Source: Chrysomallon squamiferum
Taxonomy: Eukaryota > Animalia > Mollusca
Reading direction: 5' to 3'
DNA: 64,000 nt
Assembly: GCA_012295275.1 (NCBI GenBank)
Contig: CM022670.1
Location: 26,908,001 to 26,972,000, forward strand
The notes under the pieces were generated by a model that was not told the DNA's origin, made no database searches, and saw only the letters and a list, made by a program, of their open reading frames with translations. Below are positions 38,196 through 51,800 of this stretch, in pieces. Within the stretch, counting starts at the first letter, position 1; every line of letters begins with the position of its first letter. The position numbers and the translations under genes are program-made.

Positions 38196-40250
38196 ATGTA
38201 CATGTCTTTGATATGTCATTTTGTCTTTCTGTTTATATTAACTGGGTATGTGAGCATAAGAAACCTTCAAGTAAACTGTGCAAACTACTCACTGTGTCGT
38301 ATTCAAGGATCTGTAGCTGTTTGTTCAGGATATGGTAAAAATCTGACATACATACCCTATGTACCACAGAACATAACAGTCTTGAAATTTAACTTTAACT
38401 TTCTTCCAAATGTGTCTTTGTACACATTTACAAATATCACAGAGCTCAAGTTAAAAACCTTGCACATTGTTGGAGACCATATCAAACTAATTACAAGACA
38501 TGCTTTCTCTTCTCTGAAATACTTGAAATATCTAGACATTAGCCACAATACAATACATCCAGATATTATTGCTCATGCTTTTTTTGGACTGGGAAAAATA
38601 CCTGTTCAAAGACTTGATATGCTAGCTGTAGGCCTACATTATATTCCGAAAGGTTTCTTTGACAATCTGAAGAATAGTAAAATAAATAATATCCATATGC
38701 ACCAGAATTACTTACAAGTTTTTAATTGCAGTGATTTTGACCAATTAAAATTCTTGTATCACTTAGGACTCGGTCAGAACTTGATCACCAAACTACTGTT
38801 TACATCATCTTGTCATTTAAAGGAATTAGATGCATCATACAATAGCATAAAAGATGTCTGCCAAAATGGCACCTTCTCCACTTCACTGCAACTTTTGGAC
38901 GTGCAGTTCAATGGAATATATCATGTGGATCCTTCAACATTTGCATGTTTTCCAAACCTCCATAATCTGTTTATTGGTGGAAACTACATCAGCAGATTAC
39001 CTACAAATACATTTTCCCACATGAATGAACTCACTGTATTGTCTATGATTAACAATCCAAAACTGTTCATTATTGAAGCAGGTGCTTTTAATAACAGCAA
39101 GCTTACAACACTTTTACTTAAAAATTGTGCTGAATATTTCTCAGGTTATGACTGGGACATGTTCAGAGGAAACAATTTAATTTATCTGGACATTTCTCAA
39201 AATAATTTAAACCAAATCCCACCTACAGCATTACAAAGACTCTTTGAGCCTTTGAGGAACAGTCTAAAGGAATTGCTGATCTCTGATTCTTCTTTGTCAA
39301 CAATACCCAGCTTCATCTCAAACATGCCAAAGCTTAATAGATTAATATTAAATAATAATCTTATATCAAGATGGTCTGCTGGCACCTTATCCTCACTTAC
39401 CTTGTTGCAATACCTAGATCTAAGCAGGAATGAAATTACTATAGTTGCTGAAGATTCTGTTCCACCTAACATTCTGAATTCTGTGACATTTAATTTTTAT
39501 GGAAATCCATTTGACTGCTCTTGTGCAAATATTTGGTTTTTGAAAACTTTTAAGGCTCATCTTGATACCTTTGACTGTTCTGGAAAACTTTGTCAATGTT
39601 CCAATACTGATGGAATGGAAGGTGTTTATGTCAGAGATGTTCCATTGTCTGAAATTTCTTGTTTGTTGAATTTAACATCACAGTTAATCTTGATTGCAAG
39701 TTCAAGTGTTCTTCTTCTTGTGTTTATCATTATCATCCTTTCCAACAAATACAAATGGCAACTCCGTTATTTGTTGTACATGTACAATAACGGAAACAGG
39801 GAACAGAAGGAAAATGACGACCAATATCAGTATGATGTGTTTGTTGTGCATTCTTCAGAGGATTCCAATTGGGTACTTGATGTATTAGTTCCTAAACTTG
39901 AAGATGAGTTTGGCTTTAAGTTGTGTATCCATGAAAGAAACTTTGTTGCTGGAAAACTAATTGTGGATAACATAATATCAAGTATTGACAGCAGCAAGAA
40001 GATTATGGTTGTTTTATCAAATGCCTTCTCACAAAAAGACTGGTGTCAGTTTGAATTAAGTGTGATACATCAACATATTCTGGAGAAAGGTCAAAACTTA
40101 CTGGTTGTTGTTGTGTTAGAGCAGCTGAATTATCGATTGCTGTCTCCCACCATGTACACAATGTTGCAAACAACAACATACATCAAGTGGCCTGATGATG
40201 CCCTTGCAGAGGATATGTTCTGGAACAATCTAGTTCCTGCTTTACATTAG
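38196..40250 (+). CDS. Toll-like receptor (single-cysteine-cluster type, intronless CDS, 684 aa)
   Basis: Hydrophobic N-terminus, Cys cap, many LxxLxLxxN repeats, LRRCT (GNPFDCSC..W), a TM helix (LILIASSSVLLLVFIIIIL) and a TIR domain (YDVFVVHS..D.NWV, LCIHERNFVAG, WCQFEL, TYIKWP, FW). Confidence 0.97.
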   Translation: MYMSLICHFVFLFILTGYVSIRNLQVNCANYSLCRIQGSVAVCSGYGKNLTYIPYVPQNITVLKFNFNFLPNVSLYTFTNITELKLKTLHIVGDHIKLITRHAFSSLKYLKYLDISHNTIHPDIIAHAFFGLGKIPVQRLDMLAVGLHYIPKGFFDNLKNSKINNIHMHQNYLQVFNCSDFDQLKFLYHLGLGQNLITKLLFTSSCHLKELDASYNSIKDVCQNGTFSTSLQLLDVQFNGIYHVDPSTFACFPNLHNLFIGGNYISRLPTNTFSHMNELTVLSMINNPKLFIIEAGAFNNSKLTTLLLKNCAEYFSGYDWDMFRGNNLIYLDISQNNLNQIPPTALQRLFEPLRNSLKELLISDSSLSTIPSFISNMPKLNRLILNNNLISRWSAGTLSSLTLLQYLDLSRNEITIVAEDSVPPNILNSVTFNFYGNPFDCSCANIWFLKTFKAHLDTFDCSGKLCQCSNTDGMEGVYVRDVPLSEISCLLNLTSQLILIASSSVLLLVFIIIILSNKYKWQLRYLLYMYNNGNREQKENDDQYQYDVFVVHSSEDSNWVLDVLVPKLEDEFGFKLCIHERNFVAGKLIVDNIISSIDSSKKIMVVLSNAFSQKDWCQFELSVIHQHILEKGQNLLVVVVLEQLNYRLLSPTMYTMLQTTTYIKWPDDALAEDMFWNNLVPALH

Positions 40251-40891
40251 ACATTTTCAACAACAGGTCATAAAAGAACAGCATAAACTCATAGAAAATA
40301 AATAAAATCTGTTGGATTAGCATAAATGTAGTTATAATTTTAATTCTACATCTGATGTGATTGTTCATCATTTTGGTTAAAAATAAAAAATAAAAATAAA
40401 TGGACAGCATAATAACAAACAATAATTTCTCTAAACTATTTTGAGGTGATGGTAATAGAAGAAGCAGCAGTAACTAACGTAAACATACTGAATTATCAGC
40501 TTGCTTGTACAAACTTGAAATATTTTACTGTTAAATATTAAGTGAATGAATAATTTTGTTGTGAATTAAATCTATACTTTTCTGTATAAAATTTGAAATA
40601 GAAAGTTTCACAATAAAGGAAAAGAAACAAAATAGTATTTAGCAAAAAGGACTTTGGGTATGTATATGTACACAAAAAATGCACGTAACCAACATAAATC
40701 TTATCGATATAGATGTAGTGTAATTTCTCCTTGTATTATTATAAATCAGACTTGGTAAAATTAAAAAACATACATTTGCCATGTTCTACTTTATTTGGCA
40801 CCTTTTAAAAAAAGCAATATATTGTTACAGTCTTGTTATAAGTAAAGTGAACATGTTATTTTATCAACATTTTATTAAAATAAATTTAACA

Positions 40892-42499
40892 TCAAGCTGA
40901 TGACTTCAGGCTTTCTAATAACTGTTCAGTGATTTGTTTTGTGGCTTTTATCCTTTTTCTTTTTCTGGATTTTTTCTTTTTCTTAACTGCATTGTCAAGA
41001 ACTGGTTTTATTTTCTTTTTCTTGCAAGACAGTGGGTTGGCTCCCTTTTTCTTTTTCTTCTTTTTCTTTGGACTTTCTGCCTCACCAAATATCTGTTTTT
41101 TCAGTTTTCCTATAATTTCATATTCTGATGGAACCAGTTTAGAATTCAATTGTTCACTTGCAGATACTTTGCTGAAATCAGTTGGAGCTTCCAGTGTAAT
41201 TGTGTTGTAAGCTATGTACAACAGAGGGATTCCTGGTTGCTTTTTAACTGCCTCTGTCAGTTCTTGATCCTTCAAAAATTAATTACTAATTAATATATAT
41301 AAAAATTAATAAATCAACAATGAATAACACTGCACTTGCATACAAAATAAAACAGTGTCTAATGTAGCAAAAATGTAATGTTATCACTTTTGGAACAAAT
41401 AATGATAATTCTGTCACTGATTACTTTATAATCACCAAATTTATAAAACATTTTTATTTTAACTGATAGTTGTAGTTTTTGTTAATAATGAATTTTTTTT
41501 TTTGATTTTAATAACATCATGTAAGAATATTTTAACATTTTATGTGTGTGTCATATATAGATATTTACAAAGAATTTAACAATTGTACATCATCCTTAAA
41601 GTACTCTCTGCCTTACCTATGGAACATGCCATTTTTTATTATTTTTTACTAGTTACAAAGAACCATAAACAAGTAACAATAAATAAAATGTATTTTTCAC
41701 AATATGTGTATTTTATAATTTATATAAATTTGGACATGCATAAAATAAAACAAATATTCCTAATATTGTCGTAATACCTGGGTAGCCAAAATGTATTTAT
41801 GTTTATTCTTTTTCTTCACCCTTGTAAGCAAGCATCTGGAAGCAGCTGTGGGAGGTTTGTGACCACAGTGTAGAATTTCAAACTGTTGCAGCACTTTTAA
41901 TGGCCCATACAGAAGTGTTCCTAGAGAATAGATACGATAATAAATAGTGAGCTTGAATAAAATAATAATTAATCATAATTTAACAATTTTCTGATATATT
42001 TCATCTCAACTATGTTCAACCACTGACATATATTTCAGCTATTGTTAATCTTAGTTATGTTATCTGCACCAAGTTCTAAGCAGTAATTCTATCAGGTTTG
42101 GTATTTCTTTACCGATATTTATGACATAAATAAATAATTAAACTTTACTAAGAACTGATTCTAACAGTAAATCCGAAAAAATCAAATGTGAATGAAAATT
42201 ATTTTTATTTGTTTTACCATGTTTTGAAAACTCTTTATAATTTTTAATCAAATGACATCATCATAAATTAATTTGAACAAACCTAATGCCTCACATTCAG
42301 CAGTAACACATTCTGTGGTACACAAGCGAACCTCAGACTGGAAATACTTTGGCAGCTGTTCACTGATATTGATCTTGAATTTGAGAGCTGCTTTGCAAAA
42401 TGTCCCATCAATCAGAACAGTATAAGGCACAGTAAAACCAAAATTTTTCTGATAAAATGTTAACACCTTGTGACAGTGTTTAAGACGTTTCACCTTCAT
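40892..42499 (-). CDS. UTP23: rRNA-processing protein UTP23 (PIN/Fcf1 family)
   Basis: Exons 42499-42283 (MKVKRLKHCHKVLTFYQKNFGFTVPYTVLIDGTFCKAAL), 41920-41778 (HCGHK..YILATQ) and 41269-40892 (DQEL..PGIPLLYI..GANPLSCKKKK). All in phase. Confidence 0.96.
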
Positions 42500-42528
42500 T
42501 TTTTAGCTTTAACCTCAAGACATCTGGA

Positions 42529-42589
<61 letters not shown>

Positions 42590-42985
42590 TAGAAGTATAA
42601 GAAGAAATTTACAACAGTAATATCTAATATATATAACTACATACATTGATTTGTAAATTATATGATTTATAAAATAATACCGAGATAAACAATTTTAACT
42701 TAGAATGAAATGAAGAAACAATAAATAATGTAAGTATTTTGACTATGTCATTAATTCATTAATAAAAAATAATAATAATAATTTTAAAAAAAACAAAAAA
42801 AAAGCATTTAATTAATTTATTTTGCATAGAAACGTTAGTCCTAACAGACACGTGAAGTTGCTATTTCTTTCGTAACATGTACGCTGGAGTTATCTTTCCG
42901 ACTATATTTATGAAAAGTACGAATCTATTCGACCGGATATGTACGAATTGCTATGACTGGGTATTCTCGCAACAATTTTGTTCGG

Positions 42986-43035
<50 letters not shown>

Positions 43036-43260
43036 TAAATAAATAAAAATAAAAATAAAAATAAAATGAAATAAAAAAGAATAAATGTTCCACTTTAATT
43101 CAGGAATAATACTATCCTTCATATTATTTACCATTACATCAATTTCTAGTCAGTTGAACATTTTACATTTTAACAACTCATATTCATGATTATACTCACT
43201 AGGCTATGTCATCGAATCCGGAGGAATAGACATCACTTACATATCAGGCCAAATAAAAAT

Positions 43261-43325
43261 ATGGCTGGATTAGTGACAAGTGCTAGGAGTTTATTTCGAG
43301 TTATTGGTATATAATTACAGAAACT

Positions 43326-43363
<38 letters not shown>

Positions 43364-46300
43364 GGCATGAAGATAGGAAATGTTTTATATTATAATGATG
43401 CAGTCAATAAATTTTGTATATTTTCATAATATAATAATATTCATTATAATTATAGAGTATTATATAATATTACGTCACGTATAGTCAATAATTACTCAGA
43501 TGACTGAAAAGAAATCCCGCTAATATCACTTCATTTCCGACAAGCAACAACATACCACACCTCAGACAGAACAGTACGGGTGTAGGGAAAAATGGCACCC
43601 GGAAGAAATGGCACTGTGCCCATTTTTGAAGAAAAAAAAAATAGCACCCCATTTATTTTTTTCTCAGTAGTTGCTTTAAAAAACAACTTAAAAATACTTT
43701 TGTAAATACAGTTGATTCATGCAATATTGCTACATACATGTACATTAATATACAGCATCACTCAACCACTTTGTTTTGGTTACCATGAGGTTTCCAGCGG
43801 TTGTTGTGACAGTAATGTTAATGCGCATACCATAGTTAAAATATCCTCTAGTATGATGTCATTATGTCAATTCAAACATAGAATATTTGGTTGGTTGTTT
43901 TTGGTTTACATTTATTTTAACTGAATATTATTCATGCAGAGGTTTTTTTTATGTGCAGTTATGAACTGTTTTAGTAAGCAGAACTTTACCATATACCAAT
44001 AAGTAAATGTCAACAAGGAATAACATTTTTTTTTCAGGTGTCATTTTTTCCTAATTTGAACAGTGTCATTTCTTCCAGGTGCCATTTTTTTCCAGATCCC
44101 TTTTTTCTGGTGCCATTTTTTCCATACATCAAACAGTACAGTATGTAACTCTGCCTTCTATCCCTCAGTTGTGGAGAACTAAATAGAATGAGAAATGGCT
44201 CAGTGTTGACCAAAAGCCAAAAAAGGATTGAACCAAAAACCTATCACAGGTTCACAGTATATTCTACCACTGAGCTATATTCCATATTATTGGATTATAT
44301 CCAAAAGTTTAATAATTGTCTATGTGAGCATCCAAAACATGTTTGCTGAATATAATACAGGATTATTTTACTTTATTTTATTTATTGATTCATTTTTAAC
44401 TTTTTTTCTGAAAGTAAATAATTAATCAAATGTTTAAAATTCTTTTTATTTTTTCATTTGCTGTACATGCACTCAACAACAGATATAGGTGCCAACCTTA
44501 CAGGTATGTGTGTATGGTTTCATTTAAAAATAGTGCTAGAGAATGAAAGTTATATAATATTATTACTAGCTTTGAAACTGTAGTGTAAACTTGTGCAAAT
44601 ATATCTTAATATAAGTTCAAGATAATGAGAATTATTTATCAGTATTATTGGTAAGTATGATAAATAAGTAAATAAAGATATCTTTAAATTAAAAATAGGT
44701 TAATATTTTACCTCTTCATATTTTGTTTTGAGAAATAATTATGTGCAGCATTATGTTGTTTCTTACCTATTAATATATAATACCTGCTTAGCAATTAGCA
44801 TTAATAAACTACATATATTACAAACAATTATATACATGTACAATTACAAATGAAAGGGAAAAAATTAAATGATTTAAAAAAAAAAATTTTTTTAGATCCT
44901 GTTTTTCGAGGGATTTACCATCATTCAAAAAAACATGAAGGTAAGAGCTTGGCTACAAATATTAAGCAGTTACAACTTTTTTGTTTGTCTTCTTTTTCAA
45001 AAAATATTATCAAACTATATTTAAATGAGTGCCTTCTTGGCCTATTTGCTAGTATCAGTTGTCCATAATTTAACATAACTTCAGACATGGTCAGGGATTA
45101 CTCTGTATTTAGTATATGGTTGCAAGAGCTCTGTGTTAAAATTAACAGTTTGCCAATTAATAAATCCAAGGCAGATCCACATTATTACAAAAAATCAGGA
45201 AAGTGATATTAGCATTTCAGCTGAACATTTATGTAAATTAATTTTACAGATGACTTTGAGGATGTTTTGAAACGAGCATTTGACTGTGGTGTTGAAAAGG
45301 TAATAAAACATAAAAGAAATAATTAATCTGATGATCCTGAGTAATAATGCACTAAGTTATAAAGTTTAACAAAATAAACGTCTTAAAAACATGAATTTCT
45401 GAATGACAAGACTATATAACATCTGAAATTGAATGGCTTAAGAAATTAGGATGTATCTTGATTTCAGATCATAATCACAGGAGGTTGTCTGAAAGATGCC
45501 AAAGAAGCTGTAAAACTTGCAAAGACAAATGGTTGGTACTATTGAATTAAGACAATTTGCTTTGTACAAAATAAATAAATACATTTTTTCTATCAGCATT
45601 TGAATGTCAAACATTCAATAATTCCAGCATAAAACCTTTAGAGGAAGCCTACTACATTTTCAACAGGCTAACATGCACAGTTTGTAAGACACTGATTTTA
45701 GCACATCTTATTGAAGTAAAAAAAATAAAATAAATAAATAAATATATATATATATATATATATAATTTTTGGAATTATTTCATATTGAATGAGAAATGTG
45801 AAGTCGTTATTTTATCATCAGTTCTGAGCTTCGTTTAAACTTGTTTTAATTTATCAATTTCAGATTCTCTCTACAGCACTGTTGGATGTCATCCAACAAG
45901 ATGCAAAGAATTTGAAGGCAGTGGTGATCCAGAAAAATACCTCAACAACATGTCAGAAATTATAGAAAACAACAGAGATAAAGTAGTGGCATTTGGAGAA
46001 TGTGGTTTAGGTATGAAATTTTGGATTAAGATATTTCTTGCACCTGTTTTTAGAAGTCCAGTTTAATACATTTCATCAATAGACTGACAATTTATTTTTA
46101 AATATTTTTTATTTTATTATTATTATTTTTTTATTTACATAGTAGAAAATAGTTAAAATAATTAATGTTAATTAGTATTCAGATATTTCATTGAGGGCAT
46201 TTCTTTTGTTTTATAATTCAGTGATCACAATTTCCATAAATGCAAATATGAAATACCTTTAAAAAGATTGTAAGGTTATTATTTTAATTGTTATATATTT

Positions 46301-48319
46301 TCTATGGTAATGTTCAGTCTAGCATCATTGAGTTGATTTTTCTAAAACTATCTTATTAAATAATTTGTGTTAATTTTCGTAGTATATTTCATTATCACCA
46401 TTTCAGATTTTGACAGACTTTTTTTTTGTCCAAAGGAAACTCAACTTAAGTAAGTTTCAGTTTTTAGTCTTTTATCAGATAATCTTATCTACCAAAAAAT
46501 TTGTATTTTTAGGACCAATTTTTATATAAAGATATAAATTTAATGAATATAAAAACAAAATAGTTCTTCTCATTTTCATGAAAAACTGTCATCTACTATA
46601 CATAATAAATATCTGCCATTATAGCGTAAGGTTCTCAGTATGTTAAATTAACATAAATTCTGAAAAATATTTAATATGCATTATATTTACAGATACTTTG
46701 AAAAGCAGTTTGATATCACTGAATCAGCCAACTTACCAATGTTTTTTCATTGTCGCAATTCATTTTCTGAATTCATTGACATAATCAAGAGAAACAGGGA
46801 TCGTTTTCCAGGTGGTGTAGTAAGTATAATTACAAATAAGCTTTTTAAATTTTGAATTCATAATCACTGTATTTTCATAAAATAATTGATTGAAATTAGT
46901 TATATGGTTTTTTTTTGGTGGGGGTTGGAGATTGTGTAAAAGTTTATGAAGCATAAACTGTATTTCTGAAATGATGTGGAATTCTCCCATATGGAGAAAA
47001 GTATTATTTGTACTTTAATAACTGTAACTAAATGTAATACATTTCAGGTTCATTCCTTTAGTGGGACAAAGGAAGATGTTACTGCCATTCTTGACCAGGG
47101 ACTGTATATTGGGATAAATGGCTGGTATGTAATGCTGTTCTTTTGTTTATAAGCTCATATATAACTTAATAAAATTAAATATTTTTATGTGTGATTGCTT
47201 GTGCACACTCACATATGTACAATATGGTAATTTGTTTTAAAAACAATTTCTACATATATAACTTTTTTTTTTTTTTTTTTTAAAGAAACAATGGGAAGAC
47301 TATAACTATTTACCATCGAAAGACATGATCTTTATATTTAAGATTTATTATTGTAAAATGGATTGGTGTAGCGTATAAAATAATTATACTGAGTATTGTT
47401 TGTTTGGTACAGTTCTTTAAAAACCCAAGATAATATTGATGCAATGTGTACCATTCCCACTGAGAACCTCATGATTGAAACAGGTATACACTTTAAGTTT
47501 TACTGTCTTCATTTGTGTGTATGGTTTGCTTTCTCTAACACTGATTCAGATGGTTAATAAGTTAAAAATATGATCATTGATAATTTAAATAGAAAACAAA
47601 TAAGATGTAGATTTTAAGCTATTAAAATCAAATTTATTATTTTTCTATTTTTTATTTTTAATATCAAAATGGTGTTAAATATTGGGTTATTTTGATTTTA
47701 AAATGTTATTGTATTTAATCAGATGCCCCATGGTGTGACATTCGCCCAACCCATGCAGGATTCAAGTATGTGAAAACAACATTTCCTTCCAAGAAAAAAG
47801 AAAGATGGGAAAAAGGAATGTGCATAAAAGGCAGAAATGAACCTGCATGCATAGTGTAAGAATTCTAGTTAAATTTATCGTTTAGGTTTGATTAAAACTG
47901 TACCAGTATAGATCATTAAATACTCATATGCAACTTCATCCTAGAAATGGGTGGGAAAATGGTGGTACAACATTCATACAACTAGATGCAGTCAGTAAAT
48001 GAGTTTTTCTTCTTGCTTCATTTCAGTTATAACATTTGTTTAATTTAAAAATATCAGTTTAATGTTTTAAAAAAAAAAAAATAAATATACAAAATCTCTA
48101 TAATCTTATTTTATTTTCTCTTTCTTTTTCATTAATATAGAAGTTATATTTTATCTAAACCACTGAGGTGAATTAAAGACTGAATGAATTCTTCAATTTT
48201 ATTATTGCAGTCAGATACTGGAAGTGATGGCAGGCGCTAGAAATGAAAACATTGAAGATTTAGCAAAGAATCTGTTACAGAATACAGAAAGACTTTTCTT
48301 CAGTAAAAGTGGAAGATAA
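43261..48319 (+). CDS. TATDN1: TatD-family deoxyribonuclease TATDN1
   Basis: 12 exons: 43261-43306, 44483-44503, 44896-44940, 45250-45299, 45468-45531, 45864-46010, 46407-46449, 46693-46819, 47048-47124, 47413-47483, 47723-47855, 48211-48319. Motifs [50 protein letters not shown] and GRNEP. Confidence 0.96.
43578..44131. mobile_element. MITE (about 554 bp) in TATDN1 intron 1
   Basis: Imperfect TIRs GGTGTAGGGAAAAATGGCACC / GGTGCCATTTTTTCCATACATC with repeated subterminal AAATGGCAC motifs. An 8-bp direct repeat AACAGTAC lies at 43570-43577 and 44132-44139. Confidence 0.8.
44140..44285 (-). mobile_element. Degenerate tRNA-derived SINE-like remnant
   Basis: The minus strand begins TATAGCTCAGTGGTAGA (A-box-like) and later has GGTTCAATCC (B-box-like). 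No cloverleaf is completed. Confidence 0.5.
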
Positions 48320-48810
48320 TACAACAATTTGTTGAAAACTAAATTATTGAAATATAATAACAAAATTTTTTTTTTTTTTTTTTTTTATTTTATTACCTGG
48401 ACAGAAAAACAACAAAACAAAATATTCAGTAAAACGTTTATTCCAGTGTTTTGTGACCTTTCCTTTAAGATATTTAACAATTTTGTATTTGAAAATTACT
48501 TTTTATTGCCGTTGTTCATATATTTCAGTACATTCACACACTGTAAAAGTATTAGCTTCAGGATGATGATGAAAATTATACTAACAAAACTTCAAGGAAT
48601 GCTGAGGCAGAAAGTTTAAAATTTTAAGTAATTAAATTACTTTTTGTAAAACATTAAAGAATAATGGTTTTCATTTTGGAGGTTATTGCACTGTATGAGT
48701 TCACTGTTGTTTATTTGTAATAAGCAGGAGAGACCTAATTCGTTGAACATTTTCATCCCATACATTTTGGGAGACATTTTTTGAAATATAATAATTTAAA
48801 TTGTCTTCTG

Positions 48811-51800
48811 TTATTTGCTGCCTTTAGCTACAAATGTACTGCACCAGCTAATAAAGCCAGAAACTTGATTTTGTAATGAATTCAAAGTCCATGAGACCGT
48901 CGTCTGTATATTTTCTGGGCTAAACTTTCCTCTGAAAAGAATGATAGAATACAAATTAATAATTCTCCAAGCAAAATACATTTTAATACAGCTACTTAAA
49001 AAGGTATAAAATGTCATTCTCCCGTTTAATAATTCAATGTTATGTCAAAATTTCTTTGGTTTTTGTTGAAAATTTAAATGTTTAAAACACCAGACAAAAT
49101 ATTTATGGAAGAAACTGTATACCCATTAACAATATGTATATATATGTGTGTGTGTGTGTATGTATATATATATATAAAGAATGTGGACTCAATATAAACT
49201 AACCCTACAGACATTGCAGAATAACTAATCACCTTGTTAAGATTTAAAGCCAAAACTTGCATACTCACACTAAAACGTTTTCTAAAAGCCACTGGTAGGC
49301 CACCAGGGTTAAGTGAATGACATGTTTCCACATCCAGTGTGTGTAGTCTTTAATAAACTCCCACACATTAATTAAATGCATAGAAACCATATTCCAGGCA
49401 TCAGGGGTCAATGCATAAACCTGCAAATTAAAATTTTAGCATGTTGATGATATCCACAACAAAATAAAATTAATGTATTATTTGTTACTTTTTGTATGAT
49501 ATTGAAGAACAGTATTATTTGATCTAGGTTAGTGTAACACATTCAATTAAGTATGTTCAGAATATGTTCTGTAATTATATGTAATTCCACAGCCAAATCA
49601 GCAGGCATCTGGTCTCATTTTGCACTAAAGATTTGATGTTAACATATTTAACTGTTCTCAACTTGGCCTCATATCACAAGAGGATAAAATTTTAATCAAG
49701 TGTATGGAATAATCTTTTTTTTAATAATCAAACATTTCTATAAATAATTAAGAAGTCATTTAATTATAATATTATTTTTTTTAAATAAAAATAAAAACAT
49801 TCCTAAATAAATATGATGGGCTGGATCCAGTCGTTAAAATTAGCCCAGTTTTCAGTTCTGAACAATGTTCTAGTAGGACAAATCTAAATTACTTCAAAAT
49901 GCCATTAAATACATTTTTTTTACCCATTCAACTCCTTGGACAGTTTTTTCAGTCACCCATGTCCTGTGAGGCTTGCTGACTTCTACAAGATATGCAGTTT
50001 TCTCAACCACCCAGACTCTTGCAGAGGTGACGTAAGGACCAACAGTCACACAGACATCATTGTAGTATATTGGAACATTATATTTCAGCCAGCTTTAGAA
50101 ACGGAAACAAAACAACAACAACTGTAATCTGGTATTATGAAAATTAAATTACTGATAACCTGATTACTTTCCAATAATAATTCATTGTTATTTGCTTTGT
50201 TCTTCTTTTTCCAGTATTAGCCCAATTTTATTGGCTAAAAGTCACTCCTAAGTTTCATTTTATTTCTTTTATCTTTAAATTGTCAATGAACATTTTGTAT
50301 TTAAATTGTAAATTATCTACACTGAACATATATGATATATAATTTAGAACAAACTGGTTAGTCAGTGTCTTACTGCATGCATTGTACTACTTACCCTACC
50401 ACTGTCACAATAAATGTAAGTAGTTTCCTCCAGGCTTGCTCCAGAACTGCCAGGATTCCATACTTTTCTAGAAACACCACAGTCCTTGACTCTAAAATGA
50501 AATGACCAACCTTTATCTTATGAAACATTTTTTTCATCATCAAGTTACCGAATAACATACTGAATAGAGTAAATAAATTACCACAGTTAAAAGATGTAGA
50601 ACAATGATATTGTTAAATCTAGGATTAGTCTTTATGAGCAGTCTACCTGAAAATCCCTCCACACTAATTTGTTCTACAAACAATGTACATAAATATTCTG
50701 CAGAAATAGCTCATCTGAGATATCAATGTTTAGCATGTGATCAACAGAAAAAGTTTAAATGCTGATATTACCATTGATATTGTTGCTTGTGTACATGTCA
50801 TAAGCAATCACTGCCACCAGTACAATTCCTAGAGAAAAACTGATGGCAAACCAGGGAAATGGACTTCGATTCAGTTTCTGTAACAGATCCTGCAAAAAAA
50901 TTGTTAAATAAATCCATTTGGAAGATTTATAAAGAATAAGCAAAGAAATGGATATATGTTTTGATTATGCTTACACTGGCAAAAACACATTATCAGCAAA
51001 AATTATCCCATTTAAAAATAAATTTTCAGTTGAAAGAATTGTTCTCATAAAAATTTCAAAAGGTCACTAAAACCTGAAATTTTAAAATTTTATTTTAAAA
51101 TTCATCTGATCCAAGCAGAAAATGACTGATGAATATTTTACAGGTATTGATAACATTTTAGAAAACCATTACAGTTGGTTACCTCTCCAATATATATATA
51201 TATATACATATACTAAAACTTCAGAGAAGTCTTAATATTGTAAGATTTTTTAAAAATGAAATATGTGGAAAAAAATTTGCTACAACTTTCAAGTGGCATT
51301 TGTTCTACCTTACAAACAGAAGTACAGTGATCCAAGCCTTCAGGATTAGCACGTCCAGGAGCAGCTATTTCCTCATTGGTAACACAGAATGATCGAACTG
51401 TCTCTCTTAGAGGTTTTCTGTCAAACTTTCCATCTAGCTTGTTCCAATTATCATTGATATGTTGAAGCAGTATTCTGAATTTTTAAGAAAATAATTTTAA
51501 AATATCTGTTTAAACGAAATAAATTAAAAATAAATATTTACTGAATCAGTAATACTTTAATAAACTCAACAAAAATACTGTCAAAAAGTGAACACGCTAA
51601 GTTGATTTAGATTTAAGTTTTTTCTGTTACCTTTAAATGATATTTTAACAGAACAGAAAATTGTAATAATGCATATGAAAACCCAACAGGTTTTTATTCT
51701 TTGGCTTTGTACAAGATAAAAAAAGAAGTAATGTGTTTGACGTTGACAGATTACTGAACTGATTACGTGTGGGACATTTACCCTGACTGTGGTAATTGTT

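Noticed and set aside
40940-41070. Poly-lysine tracts in UTP23
   Set aside because: A normal basic C-terminus for UTP23, encoded by mixed AAA/AAG codons.
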